Positions 58,230 to 64,000 of a stretch of DNA of 64,000 bases are shown here, piece after piece. Below the pieces are notes generated by a model that ran no database searches, had not been told where the DNA came from, and was given only the letters and a program-made list of their open reading frames with translations. Where the stretch lies: assembly GCA_016706845.1 (NCBI GenBank), contig JADJIV010000002.1, positions 102,307 to 166,306 of the forward strand. Direction: 5' to 3'. Position 1 is the stretch's first letter; every line of letters begins with the position of its first letter. A program made the translations under genes and the position numbers. This DNA is from a bacterium (GTDB taxonomy: Bacteria; Krumholzibacteriota; Krumholzibacteriia; LZORAL124-64-63).

Positions 58230-58259
58230 AATATAGGGATCGGCAGGCGGGAGTGTCAA
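58230..58259 (-). promoter_or_regulatory. Sigma-70-like promoter for the lipoprotein-lipoprotein-propeller operon
   Basis: On the minus strand: TTGACA, an 18-nt spacer, then TATATT, about 130 nt upstream of the ATG at 58095. Confidence 0.4.
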
Positions 58260-58351
58260 CTTCTAGTTTCCCCGCCGCCGGCCAGAACTCCCTACCGACA
58301 TTAAGGTTCCGCACGCCGCACCACGCCGGCGGCCCGCGGCTGGTACAAGCA

Positions 58352-58379
58352 GGAGGGCGGCCCTCGCGGACCGCCCTCC
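58352..58379 (-). terminator. Hairpin terminator downstream of the 1022-aa surface-protein gene
   Basis: GGAGGGCGG, a 10-nt loop, then CCGCCCTCC. It starts about 30 nt after the stop at 58411, and only a weak T tract follows. Confidence 0.45.
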
Positions 58380-58410
58380 CTCGGACGCCGACCCGTGAAG
58401 TGACCGGAGG

Positions 58411-61400
58411 TTACTTCACGAGCGCCATCTTGTTGACCGACACGTTGTCGCCGGAGCGCACTTCGTAGAAGTACACGCCCGACGCCACGTCACGGCCGTT
58501 GTCGCTGGTGCCGTTCCACTCGGCGACGCCCTGCTGCTCAGCAGAGAAGCCGTCGTGCAGGGTGCGGACCAGCTCGCCCTTCACGTTGAAGACCTTGATG
58601 GACAGATCACCGGCGCGCGGGATCGACCACTCGATCTTCGTGACGGGGTTGAACGGGTTCGGGTAGTTCTTAGCGAAGAACACACCGCTGCCCGGGGTCG
58701 GCGTGGTGCCGAAGCTCGGCGTGTAGCCGAACCACACCAGGATCTCGCCGAGGGCCTGGGCGCGGGCGGCGAACGGAGCCGGATCGTCCTTCGCCACGCC
58801 GTACGGGGTGTACCAGGCGCCGAAGTCGACCGTGGCGGTCACGATCTTCGAACCCACGTCCGTACGGTGGTTCGAGACGATGGCCGCGTAGGTCGGGTAG
58901 GCGCCGGCCGCCGTGAACTCGCCCACCTTCGTCGAGTAGCCGAACGGCGAGGCGTAGACGCCGATGCCGTTGAACACGCGGAAGGTCGGGCACGAGCCGT
59001 AGGCGATGAACGGGGTGTTGAAGCCCACCACGTTGCTCGGGGTCGGAACGACCAGCGGAGCCGCCTGGCCGCCGATGAGCGCGCGCACGTCCGTGGCCAG
59101 CCGGGTGCAGCCCAGCCAGTTCTGAACGAACGCCGCGCCGCCGGCGACGGTGGTCGAACCGGTCGCGACGACGACGAGGTCGCCGGTCACGAGCAGGTTC
59201 TTGCCGGTGCTCAGCCAGGCCGACAGGCGGGCGACGTCGTCGCCCTTGTCGCCGGCGTTGCCCGGAGCGATGGCGGGACCGGTCAAAGGCGAGCCGGCCA
59301 GGGTGCCGGAGCCGTACAGGATCGTCTCGTAGCCGGCCAGGGCGACCGCGGACGCGTTGGCGCCCAGGCCGTTGCCGACGTTCGAGGACGGGGCCTGCGT
59401 GTAGTAGATGTCGTAGTCGACACCCTCGACGAAGCCCAGCTGAGTGAGAGAGGTCTTCCACTCGTTGTAGCCGCCGCCGAAGACGCCGAAGTCGTTCCAG
59501 AACAGGATCGACGGCTGCGTCCCGGCGAGGTCGGTCACCGAGGGCAGACCACGCCAGATCCACTGGAACGGCCACTGGAACTCGACGTAGCCGGTCTCGC
59601 CCGGGAACACGCCGAACCCGGCGATGTTGGCCGGGTAGGTCGTGGTGCCGTCGGTGCCGGGGTCGCCGTTCACACGGTCGGTCGCCGAGATGTACCAGTG
59701 CATCTGGTCACCCGGGAACAGCAGGCCGGTGTCGTCCAGGTCGAACGCCCAACGCCACTGCACCAGGATGCCGGCGGACGTGTAGACGCTGTCCGCGATG
59801 GCGTCGCCCTCGATGTAGCCGCCCACGGGGGCCACGTTGCGCACGCCGTCGAACAGCGGGTTGCACTTGATCTTGTAGTGCATCTTCGGCAGCTCGGTCA
59901 GCTCGGAGCCGGGACGAACCGGCTGGATGTTCAGCACGATCGAGTCGCCGTGGACGATGTTCGGGCTCGTGGTGTCCAGCAGGTCCTGGCACATGTCGAA
60001 GGGCAGGGCGTTGCTGGCCAGGTTGGTCAGGTCCAGGTTCTTGGCGAACTGGTCCTGCGGCAGGTCCCACTCGCCGCTGATCGAGATCGCGGGGCCGCCG
60101 AAGCCGTAGACGAAGAACGACACGTTATCGAAGTACGACGCGGGCGTGCCGTCGGTCCCGATGTTGTAACGCGCGTCCTCCATCAGGCCCAGCGCGAGCT
60201 GCACGTGGGTCGTGCCGGGCTCGAGCAGGTCCGTGACCACGTACTGGCTGCGGCCGTAGGCACCCTGGGCGCTGTAGTAGATCGTGTTGCGATCGGCCCA
60301 GCCGTACCAGGTGTTGCCGCCGTCGGTCGAGCAGCGGACGTGCCAGACCTGGAAGACGCCGTCGAACGTCGGCGTGCCGTACGGCGAGTGCAGGTACGAG
60401 CCGAAGGTCAGGGCGCCGGCGACGTAATCGCCGGCGGGCCAGGCCAGAGCCGGCGACCAGATCTCGTTGGACAGCAGGTTGTCGTCCGTGTTCGCACCCA
60501 GGGCGCCGCCGGTGCAGTTGCGGGTGAACCCGCTGGGACCGTAGGTGTACAGGGTGTTCGAGGACGGGCCAACGCCGGGGACGACGATGCCGTCATCGAT
60601 GAACGCGAACTGCGGGGTCTCGTTGGTCACGCAGGGATCGAGGTCCTCAAGCAGCGGCCAGACCTTGCTGAAGTCGCCGTAGCCCACGGGCAGCACGGTG
60701 AACCAGTTCGGGCCCATGCCGGTGTTGAAGTTGTCGAACGTCTGCAGGACGCCGCCGAAGTAGACGCTGACGTCGTCCATCTGGCTGTGGCCCTGGCTCG
60801 GGTACAGGCAGTCGCTGTCGGACCAGGCGCCGTCGGCGTCGGCCTGCCAGCGCAGGTGGACCTCGTTGCCGTTGACGTAGTCGGCGGCGGTGATGGTGAA
60901 GGTCTCATCCACGGCCTCGGCCAGGCAGCCGGCGTTCAGGCCCATGCTCCACCATACCCGCGGGGGGTGTCGTAGCGCAGGGCCAGGAAGTCGTAGTTGG
61001 CTCGTTGTCCAGGTTCAGGATCGCGGTGACGCGGACTGTCGTGTCGGCGAGCGGGTTGGCGACGGTGCCGACCCAGTCAAGGTACTCCAGGAAGCCGTTC
61101 CCGTAGCCCATGAAGTCGCCGGTACCGCAGTCGTTCGGGTACTGCTCGCCGGCCCAGATGGCGGGAGTGCCAGTCGGGCTGTTGTAGGTGGAGACGTTCC
61201 AGCGCGAGACCGCGGGAGCGGTCAGGTCAACGCCGGTCCAGCCTTCCGCATCCGGAAGGTTGGGGTTGACGTTGTTCTGGAACTTGCCGTCGTTGCGGGC
61301 GGGACCGCCAATCAGGTACACGGTGTCCTGCTTGGCCGTCGAGCCGATGGACGACAGGTCCATGGTATTGGTGACGTCGACCAGGTTGTAGTCGGCGAAG

Positions 61401-61477
61401 CGCTGGGGACTGCCGACGGCGAAGGCGGAGCCAGCCGTCAAAAGCAGGGCCAAGCACACGAGAGTGAGTTTCCTCAT
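58411..61477 (-). CDS. Very large secreted protein (~1022 aa) with a FlgD-Ig/T9SS-like C-terminal sorting domain; two apparent 1-nt deletions near the 5' end
   Basis: Signal MRKLTLVCLALLLTAGSAFA. ORF 60905..61477 joins ORF 58411..60945 through a short third frame (NYDFLALRYDTP). The switches are at about 60995-61000 and at the G6 run 60962-60967. The C-terminal tail is FFAKNYPNPFNPVTKIEWSIPRAGDLSIKVFNVKGELVRTL...GVYFYEVRSGD...KMALVK. Confidence 0.7.
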
Positions 61478-61572
61478 ACTTTCCCCCCATCGTTGAACAA
61501 GTCAACAAATGGTACAGGTGAAAGGCATTGCCCTCGAGTTCCCGCAGGAAGATCGAAGGCTCCAGCAGTGCA

Positions 61573-61588
61573 GGCAAAAGCTCTTCCA
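61573..61588 (-). promoter_or_regulatory. Sigma-54-like -24/-12 element (candidate only)
   Basis: The minus strand reads cTGGAAGagcttTTGCC, with GG-N10-GC spacing. It lies about 95 nt upstream of the ATG at 61477. rpoN and a bEBP are encoded in this window. Confidence 0.2.
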
Positions 61589-61646
61589 GTCACTGGCCTC
61601 AGGGGGCTTGCTGTGAAGGGGTCTTTTCCTCTGTGACCGTGACGGT

Positions 61647-61675
61647 TTGACTCGCGAATCAAGCAAGCGTGTCAA
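61647..61675. promoter_or_regulatory. Imperfect inverted repeat; possible activator or operator site
   Basis: TTGACTCGC-N11-GCGTGTCAA (8/9 complementary), centred about 100 nt upstream of the putative sigma-54 start site. Confidence 0.2.
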
Positions 61676-61754
61676 GTTAATAGGGACTTACTTGGAGTGG
61701 AGTCGGGCGCAACGTCACGTCGGAAAAGGCTTTTGCCCTTGAGTCGCACGCGTG

Positions 61755-61783
61755 AGCATACCCAAGCCCCCCCCCCAAGTCAA
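61755..61783 (-). promoter_or_regulatory. Sigma-70-like promoter candidate whose 17-nt spacer contains a 10-nt homopolymer
   Basis: The minus strand reads TTGACT-tGGGGGGGGGGcttggg-TATGCT. The plus-strand C10 is at 61767-61776. It lies just downstream of the glyS terminator and about 270 nt upstream of the surface-protein ATG. Confidence 0.35.
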
Positions 61784-61794
61784 TAGCATATGTC

Positions 61795-61824
61795 AAAAAT
61801 CACAGGGGCCCCGGACGGGGCCCC
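61795..61824 (-). terminator. Intrinsic terminator of glyS
   Basis: The minus strand reads GGGGCCCC-gtcc-GGGGCCCC followed by TGTGATTTTT. The stem overlaps the last glyS codons and the stop. Confidence 0.6.
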
Positions 61825-64000
61825 CGGCCGTCAGCGGAATGCCGGGTCAGGGGCCGATTCCAGGGGGCCACCTCGCTGAAATCGGCGAAGCGGGCGAACA
61901 GCCCGTAGACCTCGCGCAGGAAGGCGTGACGCAGTTCCCGCAGGTCGGCCTGGTCGGCGTTGACCCGGACCGTCTCGAAGAACCCGTCGATGTCCGGTCC
62001 CAGGGCCGAAAGGGCCCGGAAGACCCCGATGTAGTCCCCCGACTCCCGCGATGCGAGCAGACCCGGGACGGCGGCGGCTACCGCGGCGGCCAGGGCGGTC
62101 TCGGCCGGCTCGGGCAGCCCGTCGAAACCCCGGCCGTCGGGGTGCCCCCCCGCCCGCCAGCGCTCCGCACAGGCGGCGAGCGCCGCTCCGGCGAGGGTGC
62201 GGCCCTCCAGGATGTTGCGGCAGCGCTTGAAGCCCTTGGCGAGCAGCAGGAAGTCCGTCTGCTCCCGGAACCCGTCCAGCGCCCGCGCCCAGGCGGCCGC
62301 GTCGGTCGGGTCGTTCCCGTGGGCGGGCAGGACCGCCCGGACCGCCTCCGGCGAGACGCCCCCGGCGACCAGGGTGGCCTCCAGGCGGGTGCGGGCGAAG
62401 GCCGGAGCTCGCCGAGCGCGTGCGCGGCGGTCCGCATCCGCCAGCGCCGCGTAGCCCTCGAGGGCCGCCGCCAGCGCGTGGTCGAGATCCAGGCGCGCGG
62501 CGCGGTCGAGCAGGATGCGCAGCACGGCCAGGGTGTGGCGCCGCAGCGCGTAGGGGTCCTTGGCGCCGGTCGGGGCGAAGCCCGCCAGCCAGCAGCCCGC
62601 CAGGTTGTCCAGCCGGTCGGCCACGGCCAGCGCGGCGGCGCCGCCGCCGGCGGGCAGGCCGTCCGCGGCGGAGCGGGGGCGGTAGTATTCCTCGAGCAGC
62701 TCGCAGACGGCGGGGCTCTCCCCCGCCGCCGCGGCGTAGCGCGCGCCGATGGTGCCCTCGAGCTTCGTGAACTCCTTGCCGTCGCGGATCATCTCGGTGA
62801 CGAGGTCGAACTTGCAGATCCGCGCGGCGCGGATCAGCTCGGCCGGCGGCGCGCCGCCGTCGCCCAGACCCGTGGACCAGAGGCGCTCCACCAGGCGGCC
62901 CACGCGGCCCACCTTGTCCAGCACCGAGCCGTAGCCCTCGAGCCAGGTCACGTCCGCGAGGCGGGCGGTGTGCTGGTCGGGCGTGAGCTTCAGGTCGCCG
63001 CGCCAGTAGAACAGGGCGTCGTTGAGCCGCGCGTTGAGCACCTTCTCGTTCCCGCGGACCACGTTGTCCAGCGCGGTGCGGTCGCCGTCGCGCACCGCGA
63101 AGAAGACCGGCAGCAGGCCGCCGCCCCCGGCGCGCCGCACCGCGAAGTAGCGCTGGTGGGACTTGAGCGCCGTGATGATCACCTCGTCCGGCAGGGCGAA
63201 GTAGGACTCGGGGATGGCGCCGAGGAAAGGCGTGGGATGCTCCAGGAGGTCGGTGACCTCCTGCAGCAGTTCCTCGTCCTCGACGATCCGGCCGCCCGCC
63301 TCGCGCGACAGCGACTCGCCGCCCTCGCGCACCACGCGCCGGCGCTCGTCCTGGTCGGGCTCGACACCCGCGGCGCGCAGGGCCGCGAGGTAGTCGCCGG
63401 GCGCGGGGATCTCGACCGGCGCGCCGTCGGCCAGGGTGCGGTGGCCCCGCGAGACGCGCCCCGCGCGCAGGCCGGCCATCTCCAGGGGCAGCACCTGCTC
63501 GCCGAGGATGGCCACGAGCCACTGGATCGGCCGCGCGTACTCGAGATCCGAGGTTCCCCAGTGCATCGTCTTGGGGAAGGGGATCGACAGCAGCAGTCCC
63601 GGCAGGCGCTCGGCCAGCAGTTCCGCGGCGGTGCGGCCGGCCAGCGTGCGGCGCACGCCCAGGAAGGCGCCGCCCTTGCCGTCGCCCAGCTCCAGGCAGT
63701 CGCCGATCTCGACGCCGTTCTTGCGGGCGAAACCCAGCGCGGCCGGCGTGGGCGAGCCGTCCGGGCCGCGGGCCGCGGTCAGCGGCGGTCCCTTGACTTC
63801 GATGGTGCGGTCGGCCTGCTGTTCGGCGACGGCCTCGACGAGCACGGCGAGGCGGCGCGGCGTGGCCAGCACCCGCAGCCCACGGTGCGCCAGCGACAGT
63901 TCGGCCAGCAGGGCCGTGAAGCCCTCGCCCACGTGCTGCCGCTCGACGGGCAGGAAGCGGGCCGGCAACTCGTCGGTGCCGATCTCGAACAGGAACGGGA
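61800..64000 (-). CDS. glyS: Glycine--tRNA ligase beta subunit, missing only the first few codons at the window edge
   Basis: ORF 61800..63968 is in frame to the window end. The extreme end translates as ...PFLFEIGTDELPARFLPV, the conserved GlyS N-terminus, and GlyS-like sequence continues throughout. Confidence 0.93.
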   Translation of the reverse strand, partial: PFLFEIGTDELPARFLPVERQHVGEGFTALLAELSLAHRGLRVLATPRRLAVLVEAVAEQQADRTIEVKGPPLTAARGPDGSPTPAALGFARKNGVEIGDCLELGDGKGGAFLGVRRTLAGRTAAELLAERLPGLLLSIPFPKTMHWGTSDLEYARPIQWLVAILGEQVLPLEMAGLRAGRVSRGHRTLADGAPVEIPAPGDYLAALRAAGVEPDQDERRRVVREGGESLSREAGGRIVEDEELLQEVTDLLEHPTPFLGAIPESYFALPDEVIITALKSHQRYFAVRRAGGGGLLPVFFAVRDGDRTALDNVVRGNEKVLNARLNDALFYWRGDLKLTPDQHTARLADVTWLEGYGSVLDKVGRVGRLVERLWSTGLGDGGAPPAELIRAARICKFDLVTEMIRDGKEFTKLEGTIGARYAAAAGESPAVCELLEEYYRPRSAADGLPAGGGAAALAVADRLDNLAGCWLAGFAPTGAKDPYALRRHTLAVLRILLDRAARLDLDHALAAALEGYAALADADRRARARRAPAFARTRLEATLVAGGVSPEAVRAVLPAHGNDPTDAAAWARALDGFREQTDFLLLAKGFKRCRNILEGRTLAGAALAACAERWRAGGHPDGRGFDGLPEPAETALAAAVAAAVPGLLASRESGDYIGVFRALSALGPDIDGFFETVRVNADQADLRELRHAFLREVYGLFARFADFSEVAPWNRPLTRHSADGRGPRPGPL

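Noticed and set aside
61721-61736. A second sigma-54-like motif on the plus strand (cGGAAAAGGCTTTTGCC).
   Set aside because: The GG-to-GC spacing is 11 nt rather than 10. It points into the 3' end of glyS in antisense, with no plus-strand gene downstream.
It more likely forms the small hairpin AAGGC-tttt-GCCtT. Its presence also lowers confidence in the minus-strand site.

Overview
This is a high-GC (~70%) bacterial chromosomal segment, densely coded. Almost everything is on the minus strand; only trxB and an nfnAB-like pair are on plus. Kdo/LPS genes, lptB, an lptC-like gene, lnt, tatC and several FlgD-Ig/T9SS-like C-terminal sorting tails indicate a diderm. An uncultured FCB-group-like lineage is possible, but that is inference only.

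Gene order, read along the minus strand from high to low coordinates:
- glyS, then a 10.7 kb locus of four very large secreted proteins or lipoproteins.
- ppdK, tightly coupled to a BatA-like membrane protein, a lamin-tail-domain surface protein and two beta-rich secreted proteins.
- aminotransferase, arcC, purD, purE, tsaC, an LMW phosphatase, rpiB, glyA, nrdR, tatC, a polyprenyl synthase, rsfS, argS and a PfkB kinase.
- A hypothetical protein, an HD-GYP protein, purM, a sigma-54 activator, lnt, a NUDIX hydrolase and purN.
- folE, an S8 protease, and rplU-rpmA.
- kdsB, pyrG, kdsA, kdsC, kpsF, an lpxL-like gene, an lptC-like gene, lptB, rpoN, hpf and hprK, then a complete mannose-family PTS (EIIA/B/C/D), ptsH and the start of ptsI.

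No rRNA, tRNA, CRISPR array, transposase or integrase was recognised by eye.

The observations most worth a second look:
- The two accessory envelope loci (41.5-50.6 kb and 50.7-61.5 kb).
- A promoter-like element with a 10-nt homopolymer in its spacer, plus a sigma-54-like -24/-12 element, both upstream of the largest surface protein.
- Two inverted copies of a MITE/REP-like palindromic element at 20.3-20.6 kb.

A major caveat is that at least 19 single-nucleotide frame disruptions interrupt otherwise well-conserved genes. Most of them sit in or next to short mononucleotide runs. They most likely reflect consensus error in the assembly rather than biology. I cannot claim to have identified a defined novel system. 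The envelope loci are candidates only.
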